This document shows, in pieces, positions 1 to 14,071 of a DNA stretch of 64,000 bases. The stretch's first letter is position 1. Every line of letters starts with the position of its first letter. Made by a program: the position numbers and the translations under genes. The DNA comes from Mobula hypostoma (Eukaryota): the NCBI RefSeq assembly GCF_963921235.1, contig NC_086097.1, forward strand, positions 227,170,001-227,234,000. Direction: 5' to 3'. The notes beneath the pieces are model-generated. The model was not told the DNA's origin. It did not search any database and was given only the letters and a program-made list of their open reading frames with translations.

Positions 1-9
1 AAGTGTCGC

Positions 10-848
10 TGTGTACATACATCTATTGATGCTTCTGGACACATCTTCAGTGATGTTCCTGGAATCATTGGGTGTTTCGGGTCTTTCAACATCATACAAC
101 CTCCTCCAGGTGACACAGCCGGGGCTGATCAGACCCCAGCTTGTGTCCAGATGGCTAGCTACTTATGACTCCATGGCTCCCCTCTTTTGAGCCACAGCCA
201 TCTTGAGGCCCTCTCTGCCGCATTGGTGGTACTGCAGATGGCTCTCCTCTTCCTCTCTCCCTCGATGCCCAAAATGCTGAAGGCTCTAACTAAAGAACGG
301 ACTATGAATCCCCTACAATCAACCTCCACTGGGAGACATCTCGCCCTCCATCCAGCCTGCTGACAGTTGCTGACCAGTCCTGTGTACCTGGAGAGCTTCC
401 TTTCAAAGGCCTCTTCCAAGCTATCTTCCCATGGGACTGTCACCTCCAGCAGCACCACTTGTTTAGTAGACTCAGACACTAGGACAATGTCTGGTCGCAG
501 GGTGGTGGCTGCGATATGGTTGGGGAACTTCAGCTGCCGTTTGAGGTCCACCAACAGCTGCCAGTCCCTTGCAGAGGTCAGAATGCCTGCAGATGTTCTT
601 TGGCAGGTACTGGCTGCTCCCCAGCTCTGACAAAGGCAATGGTCTGCTTGGAGGGTCAGGACTGCATCGCCCACTCAACTCCTGAGCTGACAGCTTCAGC
701 GATGGTCTTCAGGACCTGATCATGCCTCCACCTGTATCGTCCCTCACCATGTGCCCTTGCGCAGCCGCTGAGGATGTGCTCCTGGGTTCCTCGCTTGGAG
801 CACAGTGGGCATGCTGATAACTCTGCCTTGCCCCATGTGTGCAGGTTT
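10..848 (-). mobile_element. 3' end of an RLE-type (HERO-like) non-LTR retrotransposon, 5'-truncated, frameshifted
   Basis: ORFs 656-904 and 159-674 give CPLC..EHILSGC..RYRWRHDQVL (CCHC knuckle plus RHD) and RPDIVLV..LLEVTVPWE..ERKL..Y (PD-(D/E)xK restriction-like endonuclease), followed by a short 3' UTR. Confidence 0.85.
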
Positions 849-1121
849 TGTATTGTCATTTTCATTAGGAAATCTCTCCCGCTGCAAACAGCCAATGCAT
901 TCATAAAGATAATGTATTTGTTTGAGGTTACATGAAAACAATTTGTTTTGAAGATTGGCCATCTTTAGATTTAACTAGCTGCCATCCCTTGTTCTGAAGA
1001 TGCTTACATTTCTGTAACTAATTTTTCTGTCTTGAAAATATTGTGGGGGAGTTTGCATAAACTTTGATTTCCATAAATCAGATCTTCTGTAATCTAGGGA
1101 GCCCGTGGGTACTGTATGGTC

Positions 1122-1510
1122 ACACACACAAAATGCTGGAGGAACTCAGCAGGTCAGGCAGCGTCTATGGAAATGAATAAACAGTCGACATTTTTGGGCT
1201 GAGACCCTTTTTCAGGAAAAAGATGATGAAAAATTAGAGTAAGAAGATGGGAGGAGGGGAGGAAGAAGTACAAGGTAGTAGGTGATAAGGGAAACCAGAA
1301 GAGAGGGAGGGGAGAAGTAAAGAGTTGTGAGATTGACTGGTGAAAGAGATAAAGGACTAGAGGAGGGGGCATCTGATAGGAGAGGATAGAAGGTCATGGA
1401 AAAAAGGGAGGGAAGAGGAGCGCCAGAGGGAGGTGATGGGCAGGTAAGGAGATACGAGAGCGAGTGAAACATGAATAGGGAATGGTGAAGGAGAGGGGGT
1501 GCAATTCTGA
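1122..1510 (-). mobile_element. Penelope-like element terminal-repeat fragment, decayed hammerhead motif
   Basis: CACACAAAATGCTGGAGGAACTCAGCAGG...GTCGAC..GGGCTGAGACCC..CAGGA followed by a purine-rich tract. The same repeat is attached to GIY-YIG remnants at 37240-38110. Confidence 0.75.
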
Positions 1511-1698
1511 AACTGTATGGTTAACACAATAAGTTTGTACAGGTACTTATGCTCAATAAGCCAAATGCCGTAAATTATTAATTTGGTTCAGTCATCCTGC
1601 TGGATAGGATCTACGTGCTTCATGTTTTTGAGTTGACAAGATTGTGTAAATATAACACTTGTAATTAAGCAGATCTTATTATCTAAAATTTCTTTTAG

Positions 1699-1845
1699 AT
1701 CCAGCATCAGGAGATGCTGCTGAATCAACTACGTCAGAAGTATTTAACTGCAGTTAATGTAGTTGAAAACCAACAACGGATGATTCATTCTTTGGAACAG
1801 GATCTTCAAACTGCCATGCTTGCTGGAAAGGAAATGGCCACTGGG
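1699..1845 (+). CDS. Internal exon of a long coiled-coil protein (possibly CCDC18/PMFBP1-like; identity uncertain)
   Basis: TTTCTTTTAG acceptor, GTAAAT donor, 147 bp phase 0-0, open: IQHQEMLLNQLRQKYLTAVNVVENQQRMIHSLEQDLQTAMLAGKEMATG with heptad periodicity. Confidence 0.85.
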
Positions 1846-2660
1846 GTAAATTAATAACTTTTTTTATACAGGGGTTATAGCTTCTCTTTGTTACTGAGGG
1901 TAATGCCAAGCCAATAAATGCAATTTCATGTCATAACTCTAATTATATCAAAAATAATTGCATCAGGAAAAATTGGGCACAACAGATTTTGTAAAACTGT
2001 TTCCTTGAGTTCTATTTATTTAATTCTATTATCAAATCTTCAAAAACATAACATAAATTATACATTATGTTTTCTTATTTGACATTTAAAATTTCTTTGG
2101 AAAGTGATCTTCCAATTCTTGTGAATGGAAGATGTTTTAATGGGTTTAGATTTATTTGGGATGATGAGGGAGGAAGTGTTTTCTAGTTTTTTTTGATTTA
2201 TGGTCCAAACTTGCTGCTTAGATATCCGATGTTAAGAATGGAAGAAGCAGGTTTAAAACAGATGGCTTATTGAGGCTGCTCTACTATTCAGTAAGACAAG
2301 GACTGTCATGTGGTTGCTCTTTTCCATCTGATTATCACCCCATCCCGCCACGCCTGATGTAGTGATGTTTAAAAGATTAAATCTGCTATATTTCAGACGA
2401 AACAAAAACTCCACGTGGACATGGCACTCACTTCAGTCTGTAGTACTTCTAAGCTTTTTATCTTAACACCAAATCTCTATTTTCTGGCTCTCAGTTTGGT
2501 CCAACTCTCCATATCACCTTTATCAGATTTCTGATCTACTTCCAACAAAAAAAGCTGAGAGAAATTTCATACAAGGTTACAAAATCTTGATAAGTTTGGA
2601 TGGGATAAAACATCTAGAAAGAAATCATTCTCATTAGAGAAGGGGTCAAAGATTTAATGT

Positions 2661-2770
2661 CGCAAACACGAGGAAATCTGCAGATAGTCTCGGCCCAAAA
2701 CATCAACTGTACCTCTTCTTAGAGATGCTGCCTGGCCTGCTGCGTTCACCAGCAACTTTAATGTGTGTGG
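2661..2770. mobile_element. Short Penelope-derived insertion with 14-bp TSD
   Basis: Direct repeat CAAAGATTTAATGT at 2647-2660 and 2771-2784 flanks rearranged Penelope terminal-repeat sequence. Confidence 0.85.
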
Positions 2771-3604
2771 CAAAGATTTAATGTGATTGACAAACAAACT
2801 AGGAATGGCATATGAAGAATCTTTTCATGCAGTTGGTGATTATTAGACCTAGGAGCAGAATTAGGCTATTTGGCCCATCAACTCTGCTCTATTGTAATTT
2901 GGAACCCATCGCTTCAAAGTGTGATTGATGCAGCTTCAATTGTGGTTTTCAATGAGGAATTAAATCAATATTCAAGAGTAAAATTTTGGTTTTGCTTCAA
3001 GAAAAGACGTGAGATTGACATTTACAAGCCTGCTTTGCCAGGAGTCAGCATGCTCTTAAAATGCCAAAGGTTTACCGAGCACTCTTATTAATGATTGATA
3101 AATCCACAATTTTAATAGGGCTGTGTGATAATTTGTAATTAATTAAATTTAAATAAATTCTTAATTAATTTGTGCTCTTCAAAAAAATATAACTTAAATT
3201 TGATTGTATTTTTCTGATTTTTTTCCTTCTTGTTTGCTTTACGTGGACAATTTGAAAGTTCATGGACAGAATATAGATGGCAAAAATGAACTGCACCTTC
3301 AGAAAATGCAGTTATACTTTCTGTTCATTTGTAATAATTAAATAAAATAGCAATTATCAAATAAATGTGATCAGTTTAACTTGTCATCAGTTTTGTCTGG
3401 ATTATAGATAATAACATAATTTTCCCATCTCCCAAGTGTGCAAGCACAGGAATTATAGAAATGAAAAAATAAACAGCCATGTGCTCTTTTGCCCTTTCAC
3501 TGCCGATTACAATCTCTATGTCTTAATTTTGTGGTATTGTGCATACTTTTATTGAAGTAGAATAATGAACACATTAGTGGAATTGTGTCTTAAGTTGCCA
3601 TCAT

Positions 3605-4250
3605 ACAGCATCTATGGAAAGGAATAAACAGTCAACATTTTGGGCTGAGACCTTTCACCAGGATATAGAAGAAGGGGGGAAGAAGGCCACACAGTTACCT
3701 GTAAAAAAAATGCCATTCCTTTTTCTCAGTCTTTTGTCTCTGGTGCATCAGTTTCCAGAGTGAGGTTTCCTTTTTAGAAATTCAGAGATGTCCTCCTTCT
3801 TCAAAGAATTGGGATTCCCTTCCTCCACCATTGATGCTGCTCCTACTGCATCGCTTCCATTTCCCAGACATCCACACTCACCCCATCTTCTCGCTTAACA
3901 AGGAAGCTCCTCCTCCTTCCCTTTCTCCCATGGTCCATTCTTCTCTCCTATCACATTCCTTCTTCTTCAGCCCTTTACCTCTTCCACCTATCACTTCCTA
4001 GCTTCTCATTTCATTCCCCCTGCCCCAACAAGCTGACTTCGCCCATCACCTCCTAGCTTGTACTTCTTCTCCTCCCCCCACCTTCTTATTCTGGCTTCTT
4101 CCCCCTTCCTTTCCAGTCCTGAAGAAGGGTCTTGACTCAAACCATCAACAGTTTATTCCTTTCCACAGACACTGCCTGACCTGCTGAATTTCTCTAGCAC
4201 TTTGTAGTTGTTACTCTGAATTTCCAGGATCTTCAGGATCTCTTGTGTAT
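3605..4250 (+). mobile_element. Penelope-like element fragment with inverted terminal-repeat pieces
   Basis: Decayed ORF (NAIPFSQ..SEMSSFFKE.GFPSSTIDAA), then a pyrimidine tract and CAGTCCTGAAGAAGGGTC terminal repeat; an inverted copy of the repeat lies at the left end. Confidence 0.75.
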
Positions 4251-5037
4251 ACTGTAGGTGTATAAATAACCTATTGATTTCATTCACACTGCAAGGAAAG
4301 TACAGTGTACTCCCCTCTTCCATGAGGTCAGAACAAGATATATTTGTTGATACTTATGGAATTTTGTCTGGTGATCAGTGGAGTTTGTATGTTCCATGAA
4401 AAGCAGACTGTTGAGATCTCACATTAGGGTTCTTTCATATACTTAATTTTTGTTTAAGTTTTGAGTACAATATTAGGCAATTCCACAAGTTAGTCACATC
4501 CTTGCCTCTCAGATGTAAGTGAAGGACTTGTTTTTATAATACCAATCCAGCAGCTTTTGAGTATATTCCTGTGCTTGCCTACAGATCTGCATTATCTCAT
4601 AATTTGCTGTGAAGCAAAGTGAACTTTTGACCTCTACGTTGACAGTTTAGTACTATAACCAATTTACTGGCACACATTTAGAATGATTTACATTTGATGC
4701 ACAATATTAACATGCATATATGCTGCTTTCCAAATATGAAACCTCTTTGTTAAAAGTCATATATAATAAATATATATGTTCAGCTAAAACTAATTATTGA
4801 TTAAACTATGCCAAGATCTGAGTAAATCAGGGCTTAAATAGGGTACATGCCGGCAGAATGATTTGAACTTTACACTGTATTTTCATTTTTCTCTCTTTAT
4901 TTGTGATCATTGACAAAGTTCTTGATATATTGCATGCAAAAATACCATTTTTTGCATCAGAGTTATCCCTTTGAGATCCATGTTAGCTTGTAAATTATTT
5001 TTATAGTGAAAGTTGGCTGTCATTTTTCTTCATATAG

Positions 5038-5205
5038 GTGGCTGAGTGTGAAGAAACCATTAAACATTTGGAAATAGAATTATCTTCATTACATTCAGCA
5101 CAAGAATTGGACAATAAGACCATTACCCAAAAGAAGCAGGTTATTCATGAGCTACACCAAGAAAGCAATTCACTGAAGCAGAAATTGAAAGAAGCCCTTT
5201 GCAAG
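5038..5205 (+). CDS. Internal exon of the same coiled-coil gene
   Basis: TTTTTCTTCATATAG acceptor, AAG|GTAAAT donor, 168 bp phase 0-0, VAECEETIKHLEIELSSL...LKQKLKEALCK heptads. Confidence 0.9.
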
Positions 5206-5404
5206 GTAAATTATATTTAGTGATTATTTATATTACTTTAGTTATATCTATATCCATGTTAAAATAAAATATAGCATGTGTTTTCCCTGATAACAAGGTT
5301 TACCTTCTTGTGCTGAAATTGTCCTATACCTTTCTGTGCCATCCTTTGTAATGGTTAACTTTTAATTCCACACTTCTTGCCGAGTTCTATTTTATTTTTA
5401 TTTA

Positions 5405-5660
5405 ATTAGTGATACAGCATGGGGTAGGCCTGACCCTTTGAGTCACACTGCCCCAGCAACCCTTGACAAACCTGATAAACTCTAACATAATCATGGGACA
5501 ACTTACAATGACCAATTACCCTACCCAGTGTGTCTTTGGACTGTGGGAGGAAACTGGAGCACCCAAGGAAAACTCACACACTCTATGGAGAGGACATACA
5601 GAATCCTCACAGATGGCACCGGAATTGAACTCAAAACTCCAAACACATGCTAACTGCTAT
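5405..5660 (-). mobile_element. tRNA-derived V-SINE (HE1-like)
   Basis: V-domain core TCTTTGGACTGTGGGAGGAAACTGGAGCACCC..GAAAACTCACAC; B-box-like GGAATTGAAC in antisense; CR1-like tail. A related copy lies at 61700-61915. Confidence 0.7.
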
Positions 5661-6633
5661 CAGGCTAGGCAGTTTAAATAGTTTGGCATGATGAGATGGC
5701 CAAAAGGCCTGTTTCTATGCTGTAATTTTCTATGACTTTATTAGCCAATGTGATTGAGAATCTCATAAGATCAGCTATTGTTTCTCTGCTACATCATGTA
5801 CAGAAACTACAGTAAACCTTATTACACATACAAATGACATTTCCACCACAGAGTTACTGTGGTACAACAGGACCAAATCTGACAACAGACTGTTTCTGAC
5901 AACAGACAACAAATCTGACTTTTTTTTTCCCCTGTAAAGAACTCAAAATATTTTCTGAACTGAAGTTTCTGCACGATTCCTCCTGGTCAGAAATTTATTA
6001 TGGTCGAAAATTTGTGTTCACTGCTGATCTCTAGAAAATTCTGACCTTGTTCATCCACTGTTGTCACCAGCACTGGGTCATTTGTGACATTTACAGTTTT
6101 CAGGGAGCCTGGATGAAGGCCCATCCCAAAGCAGTTGAAATAACATTTCATAGGTAACACAACCTTATCTATTTGTCAAAATATAGCATATATTTCTGAT
6201 ATTTAGGTAAACATTAGAAGCTTTTAAAGACTATTCAAACTATTAAAATAATTTGTAAAGATTCATTTTTAAAAATGTGAGATCAACATGGTACTGGCAA
6301 TGGCAACATTTTGCAAGCAGTTCACTAAACCAGTGGGTACAGTATACTTGTTTTGAGCTACTTCGAACAGTGAAATGTGAAGCATACAGAAATACTTAAA
6401 TACAACCAAGCAATTAAAAAGGACTAACTAGAATAATGCTTAATAGTGAATCAGAATCAGGTTTAATGTAACTACTGTATATCATGAAATTTGTTGTTTT
6501 GCGCAGCAGTACATTGCAATACATAATAACAAAAACTATAAATTACAATAAGTTGTATACATATAAAAAGAAAATTAAATTAAATAAGTAGTGGAAAAAG
6601 AGAGGTAAAAATACTGAGGTAATGTTCATGGGT

Positions 6634-8848
6634 TCCATAAGATATAGGAGCAGAATTAGGCCATTTGACCCATTGAGTCTGCTCCACCATTCAATCATGG
6701 CTGAACCTTTTTCCCTCTCCTCAACCCCATTCCCCAGCCTTCTCCTCATAACCTTCATTGCCATGTCCAATCAAGAACCTATCAATCTCTGGCTTTTATA
6801 CACCCAGCGGCCTGGCCTCCATAGCTGCCTGCGGTAACAAGTTCCACAAATTCATCACCCTCTGGCTAAAGAAATTTCTCCACATCTCTGTTTTAAATGG
6901 ATGGCCCTCTATCCTGAGGCTGTGCCCTCTTGGCCTAGACTCCCCCCACCATGTGGAATGTCCTTTCCACATTGACTCTGTCTAGACCTTTCAATGTTTG
7001 AAATGTTTCAATGAGAACCCCCCCCCCATCCCTTTAAATTCCAGCGAGTACAGACCCAGAGCCATCAAACATTCCTCGTATGATAACCCTTTCATTCTGC
7101 TGCTGGACTCGTTCCTCATCCTTTCTTAGATAAGGAGCCAAAAACTGTTCACAATACTCAAGATGAGGCCTCACCAGTGCCTTATAAGGGCTCGGAATCA
7201 CATCCTTGCACTTGTATTCAAGACCTCTTGAAATGAATGCTATCATTGCATTTGCCTTCCTCACCACTGACTCAACCTGCAAATTAACCTTTACAGTGTT
7301 CTGCACAAGGACTTCCAAATCCCTTTGCATCTCAGAGTTTTGGATTTTCTCCCCATTTAGAAAATAGTCTTCACATTTATTTCAACTACCAAAGTGTATG
7401 ACCATGCATTTTCCAACATTGTATTTCATTTGCCACTTTCTTGCCCACTCTCCTAATCTGTCTAAGTCCTTCTGCAGCCTAGCTGTTTTCTCAACACTAC
7501 CTGCCCCTCCACCAATCTTTGTATCATCTGCAAACTTGGCAACAAAGCCATCTATTCCATCATCTAGATAATTGATATACAGCATAAAAAGAAGCAATCC
7601 CAACACTGACCCCTGTTACTCCATAACCTCATCCTTAACAATTGACTCTAACATCTTCCCAACCACAGTCCTCTGGCACCATATCAGAGTCCAATGTTCT
7701 TTGAAACATCATTGCTAATGCTGCCATAATCTCTAACAGTACCTCTTTCAGAACCCTAGGGTACAGTTCTTCTCCCGTGTAATAGTAACTGCACTCACTT
7801 CTCTTCTATCATACACTACAACATCTGACACACTGCTAGAATCTTCAACAGTGAAGACTGATGCAAAATTCTTATTTAGTTCATCTGCCATCTCCTTGTC
7901 TCCCATTATTATTTCTCCGGCCTCTTTTTCTAGCGGTCTTATGGTCCTATATCCACTCTCATCTCTTCTTTTATTTTTCACATATTTGAAAAAGCTTCCT
8001 CTATCCACTTTGATATTGTTTGCGAGCTTACTTTCACATTTCATCTTTCCCCTTCTAAGGATTCTTTTAGTTGCTGTCTCTGGGTTTTAAAAAGCTTCAC
8101 AATCCTCTATCTCCCCCTAATTTTTGCATTGTTGTATGTCCCCTCTTTTGTTCTTAGATTACCTTTGGCTTCCCTTGTCAGCCACAGTGGCACTATTTTG
8201 CCATTTGAGTATTTCTTTGTTTTTGGAGTACATCTTTCCTGCTCCTTCCTCATTTTTCCCAGAACCTCACAGCATTGCTGCCCTGCTGTCATCCCTGCCA
8301 GCAGCTCCTTCCAATTTATTTTGGCCATCTCCTCTCTTTTACCACTGTAATTTCCTTTACTCAGCAAAAATACTGCTACGTCAGACTTTACTTTCTCCCT
8401 ATCAAATTCACTCTCTTGAGATCCATTACCAACCTGATTTTCCCAATCGACCTGCATGTTCAAATCTCCCATGACTATTATAACATTGCCCTTTTAATAT
8501 GCCTTTTCTATTTCCTATTGTAATCTGTGGTCCACATTCCAGCTACTGTTGGGAGGCCTGTATATAACTGCCATCAGGGTCCATTTACCCTTGCAGTTTC
8601 TTAACTCAGCCCACAAGGATTCAACGTCTTCTGATCCTATGTCACATCTTTCCACTGATTTGATGTAATTTTTTACTAGCAGAGCCATGCCACCCCCTCT
8701 GCCTTCCTTCCTATCCTTCCAATACAACGTGTAACCTTGGACATTCAGTTCCCAAATACAACCATCCTTCATCTATGATTCAGTGATGGCCACAATATCA
8801 TACCTGATGAACTGTAAGAGTGCAACAAGATCATCCACCTTATTTCAT
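6634..8848 (-). mobile_element. CR1 LINE ORF2, decayed and internally deleted
   Basis: Endonuclease motifs (VIYRPPNS, MGDLN), MADELNKNFASVFT, RT AKFADDTKIGG, KALVRPHLEYC; CR1 3' UTR at the left end. Confidence 0.9.
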
Positions 8849-8851
8849 TGT

Positions 8852-9945
8852 CTATTCAGAAATCTTCTGGTGGAGGGGCAAATAAACTACTGTATTCCTG
8901 AAACTTTGAGTTTGTGTCTTCAGGCTGCTGTACCTCTTCCTTGATGGTAGCAATGAGAAGAGGGCATGACCTGGGTGATGGGGATCCTTAATGATGGATG
9001 CCACTCTTTTTGAGGTATCACTTTTTGAAGTGTTCTGGAGGCTGCGGAGGCGAGAGCTAATCTGGAATTGGCTGAGTTTACAACTTTCTGCAGCTTTTTC
9101 TGATCCTGTGCAGTGGCCCCTTGATACCAGATGGTGATGCAACCAGTTGAATGTTCTCCATGGTACATTTGTAGAAATTTGGCAGTGGCATACCAATTCT
9201 CCTCAAACTCCTAATGAAATATAGTCACTGTTGTGCCTTCTTAATAGTTGTATAAATGTGTTGGGCCCAGGATAAATCATCCAAAATGTTAACACACAGG
9301 AATTTGAAACTGGTCATCCTTTCCACTTCTGATCCCACAATGAGGACTTGTGTGTGTTCTCTCGTCATCCCCTTCCTGAAGTCCACAATCAATTCCTTGG
9401 TCTCACTGACACTGAGTGCACAGTTGTTTCTGTGACACCACTCAACCAGCTGATCTATCTCTCTCCTATACGACTCCTTGTTACCATCTGAAATGGTTGT
9501 GTCATTGGCAATTTTATAGATGCTGTTTGAACTGTGCCTAGCCACACAGTTGTGAAGTTTAAAGAAAGTAGAGCAGTGGGCTAAGCACACATCAGTGATG
9601 TGTATCTCTACTGATAGACAGCAAAGAGGATATGTCATTTTCTTTCCACACAGACTATGGTCACCTGGTGAGAAAGTCAAAGATCTAGTTGCAGAGAAGG
9701 GCACAGAGACCTAAATTTTGGAGCCTATTGATTTGAACTGAGGGTATGATTGTGTTGAATGCTGAACCTTATATATTCATGTAATGCATGTCAGTAAGCA
9801 GCAGCCTATTTTCTAGCTGAACCAAGGCCAAGTGGAGAGCCAGTGAGATTGCATTTGCTGTAGCCCTGTTGTGGCAATATCGAAATTGCTGTGGGTCTAG
9901 GTCCTTACCTCGGCAAGAATTGCTTCAAGCCATGACCAACCTTTC
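8852..9945 (-). mobile_element. Rex1/Babar-like LINE 3' fragment
   Basis: IYKIANDTTI..YRREIDQLVEWC..ETKELIVDFRK and ASIIKDPHHPGHALFSLLPS motifs. Confidence 0.8.
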
Positions 9946-11006
9946 TGTTATGTGTGTTCTTTGTAAAGACAAACAGCGTGTATAGAAATATTTTATTTAC
10001 AGATTTACCACAATGGCTTTTGCTCCAGTCCAAGCACGAGTGATGAGTTCACTTTCATCATTTCTAGTTCCGGGTGAACTACCCACATTACCCACTGGGA
10101 ACTGAAGTATACATTAATTATGCATACACAAAGTAATACATCTTCTCCCTTTAATGAAAAACAAACAGTACTATGCCCCTATATACCTTCAAGAAATAAT
10201 AATCCTTTGCAACAAATATATCTATATTCTGTAGCCAGTCTCCTTTTTCACTTGGCAGCTTTCAATCAGTCTCCGAGAAGATTTAATGATCCTTTTTGGT
10301 CTTCTGCATGTTTCACTGGTGTATTGCTTATATTTGGTGCATTGATATTTGTGTCTTTCAGAGAATTCTGATCAACAAGTTTATTCTTTACTTCTGCTGG
10401 CCCTTTGGAGTACTGACTGGTGATGTGTCACAGCTATGGGTTGGACCTTGTGATCATAGGTTCACACGGTTCCTTCTCATAGGTGCTTCTCATTCCATCT
10501 GGATCTAGTTGGAATGTAGAGCAACTTCCTCTTGTACATGTCTTTGCATGGATCATGTAGCAGAATCGTGATCTCGAATTTGTGCTTGATCTCCAGGCTT
10601 GGTAGGCTTTTCACAGTATTGTTGTGATAATATTTTTGTTTCTCTTTCCTTTTTACTTTAGCCAATTTAACCTTGTGTGCTCCTTTAACTGTGAACAGGT
10701 TTTCATGCACTGGAAGGTCAGTGCATATGCATCAACCCTTCATCGCTTGGGCTGGTGAAAGTTTATTCTGCAGTGGCACACTTCTGTAAATCATTAGACT
10801 TTTGTAGAAATCCTCTCGTCCATCTTCCGCTTTTTTCATGAGACCCTTCACAACTTTGACCGAACTCCCTGCTAGGCCATTAGATTTTGGTTGATATGGG
10901 CTTGAAGTTATATGTTGAAACCCCCAATCGTTGGCAAAGAATTTGAATTCACAGCTTGAAAATTGTGGACCATTGTCTAATACCACTTCACATAGAACTC
11001 CATGCC

Positions 11007-12242
11007 TATTACAAGGTGGGTGTTGATGGCAGACCCAAATGCAAGACACAGATACTGAAGTACTAGGAACAGACCAGGGTTATCGAGATAGCAAGGTGAG
11101 TAAGGAAGAAAGGACGTTGGACATTGACACAGGCCCTGGATGGGACTAGAATTCAGGGCCTGGGCTAGGACTTGGCCTAGAGACACGGGACCTGGACAGG
11201 GAACTTGGAATGAGAAGCCTGGACTAGGAACATGGAACTCCAGACCCAGAGCCTGGACAAGGACCCGGAACCTGGGTCTTGGTTGGGACTCGGAACCGGA
11301 ACCCAGGTCTAGGCTAGGACTCAGGACTAGGATCTTGGCAAAGACAGGATGCGGCTACAGGACAGGACGAGGTACTCCAGCACAGGACGAGGAATCTCCA
11401 GCCCCGGGGTGGACGAGGAACTCCTGGGCTGGGCGAGGAATCGGAACTAGATGAGGACATGAAGCTCAGATTTGGACAGGGCTGGAACACAGCGCCTGGA
11501 CTAGGTCTTGGAACACAGGAACACGGAGCCTTGGATATGGACTGGATGCTCAGAGCCTTGGATGTGGACTGGACAAGGTACTCCAGGGCAGGACGAGACT
11601 CTTGGACTAGGTTTGGCTCGGCTCTTGGACTCGGCTTGGTTAGGCTTTTGGGTATGGGGCCGGGATCCCTCCTTGGAGCGCAGGGCCGGGATGACTGCTG
11701 AGGACACTTGCCGAGGTAAACTGCCGAGGGCCTCCAGGACTGGACGAGAACATGAAGCCTTGACTTGGAGAGGACTGGAACATGGCACCTGGAACTTGGA
11801 ACACAGGAACACAGAACACAGAGCCGGGACCCCTCCTTGGGAACGAGACTTAGGGCCAGGGCTTTACACAGAGTCAGGACCCCTCCTTGGGAACAGGACC
11901 TACGGCTGAGAGTCTTCTTTGACACGGACGCTAAACACGGGGACACAGAAATAGTTCCAAACTCAACGATAGATAGTTCCTTATCTTGGCGTGGCAAGGC
12001 TCCAGTCTCACTCTAGTGGTTGAACTTGATGGGGATGCAGGTGAGGCTTCAGAAGGAAGGGGAAGGGAACAGTCCAGCAGGGAATCCTTGGTTTGAGAGG
12101 TATTTATGTGCCATCCCAAAACGAGAATCAGGTGCCTCAATTAAGGCACCCAATGGAACAAGGAAAACAGGAAAACCCGGAATAAGGAACCGACAGACCC
12201 GACCGTGAACTAGAATGCGGACTTCATGGACCGGCCATGACA
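11007..12242 (-). mobile_element. Solo LTR (~1.24 kb, internally repetitive) inserted in the Gypsy integrase
   Basis: 5-bp TSD ATGCC (11002-11006, 12243-12247); minus-strand start TGTCATGG; splits the integrase at FARH/RHGV. Confidence 0.8.
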
Positions 12243-13051
12243 ATGCCTCGCAAACACAGCTTTTAGGAAGGTGATGACCACTTTGCTGGATGCTGATTGG
12301 AGTGCTGCAGCCTCTGGGTAAATGGAAAAGTAGTCTGTTACAACATTGTAACTCCTCCCACTACATTCAAACAAATCTACTCCAACTTTGAAGTACGGCC
12401 TGGCTGGTACAGGGTATGTTGTCAGTGATTCTACTTGCTGCTTTGGTCTGTAGGTAGGACATATCTCACTTGAAGCAGTGGTCTGGCTGATGTTTTGGTT
12501 CATTCTTGGGCAGTACAAGGAGATGCTGCCTGGCCTGCTGCGTTCACCAGCAACTTTGATGTGTGTTGCTTGAATTTCCAGCATCTGCCGAATTCCTGTT
12601 GTTTACTCCTTGAGCACTTCGTTTACAATTTTCCTCACCAAGATGCCCTTCATGCATTTTCTGGAGCATTTTCTTGCGTAGCAACACTGAAATCACAAAC
12701 CTATTCCCTTTGATGACTATATCTTCCACTACTGACAATTCAGCTCTGCATGCCCAGTAATCCTGAATACACATTGGACAGTTGTTCTTAATTGCTAGTT
12801 ATCCTTTCTGTATTGCCTCTTTGAGTACTTTCATTGTTTCATCCGTCCCTTACTGCTGTCCTAAACTTCTCTGTTCTATTGGGAGATAGATAATCATGTC
12901 AACATATCTGCATATCTCTTTGTCTCTCTTTTCTTTCTTGTTGACTGCTTGTTGAGCAGCAAACATAAATTTTCCCTGTGTGTACATCTTTTTCACGTCA
13001 TGTATTTGCAGCCTCATCAACATGTGCTGTATCCTCGTGGGAGTCATTTAG

Positions 13052-13535
13052 TGTCACGGTCCCGGCTGTTAATTCCCCATATTCTCCTAATTCCCTTTGA
13101 TTGCAGCACACCTGATTCTCATCTAGACCTGCAGCATAAATATCCTGGCTTTGCATCCACTCTTCGCCAGATCATTCTTTCAGCCAGTGTGGTAATTCAT
13201 GTTCTCGGCCGCTTAGGATTGTGTATTCTAAGTTTTACTTCAGTACCGAGGTTTACCTGTGTAACTCTGTCTCTCCGAGTCAAGATAAGTATTGCCTGCC
13301 GTTTGTCTTTCCATTTGCTACTCCGTGTCAAAATAAGTGTTGCCTGCCGCCTGTCTCCTGTTTGCCATTCAGCTCCAGCAATGCCCTGTGTCAAGAAAAG
13401 TTTAGCCTGCCTCCTGCCTTTCCGTTCACCCTCCTGTTTGCCGTTCAGCTCCTGCCATGCTCACACCCTTGCCTGCATCCTAACTCTATCTCCGTGCCGG
13501 TGTCCTGTATTTGGATTCGCCCGTCCTTTGCAGTA
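13052..13535 (+). mobile_element. Solo LTR of the same family as the 39896-44903 element
   Basis: Starts TGTCACGGTCCCGGCTG like the LTR ending at 40560; shares CATAAATA..GCCAGATC; 5-bp TSD TTTAG (13047-13051, 13536-13540). Confidence 0.9.
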
Positions 13536-14071
13536 TTTAGTGGTTTGCACATAATTGAGACCAGTGGTTTCTGGTCTGTCTCCACTTCAAAAGCTGTCCA
13601 TGAATGTACTGATGGAACTTTCGCATGCATCTGTGCCGGCGAGAAGCTCTTTCTTTGCTTGTGCATAGTTGGCTTCTGCACTTGATGCATAGGCCACAGG
13701 TTGCCATGTGTCATCATGCTGCTGCAGTAGTACTGCTCCAAGGCCTTACCAGGACACATCAGCCGAGATCCTAGTACACCTTTCTGTATCATAAAACTTC
13801 AGCACAGACTCTTCAATTAGGACTCCTTTCAGCAAATGGAAACACTCTTCTTGAACGTGAGACCAAATCCACTCATTTTGCTGCTCAAGGAGTGACCTAG
13901 GTGGTGCTGACACCAGTAGACAGTTGAGGGATGAACTTAGCCAGGTGAGTCACCATCCCCAAGAAATGTCACATCTCTTCTTTGTTTTGGGGCCTCTCTG
14001 TGTCTTCAATGGCTGACGTCTTTCTTGGGTTAGGCTTCGTTCCTTCTTTTGATATGACTTCTCCAATGAAA

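Noticed and set aside
1180..4150. Additional hammerhead motifs at ~1182-1217 and ~4114-4150 (also ~21845-21880 and ~37320-37358)
   Set aside because: Core or stem I positions are mutated; treated as decayed copies rather than active ribozymes.
11140..12016. Overlapping 80-227 aa ORFs on both strands
   Set aside because: They lie in a GC-rich, internally repetitive solo LTR and show no recognisable domains.
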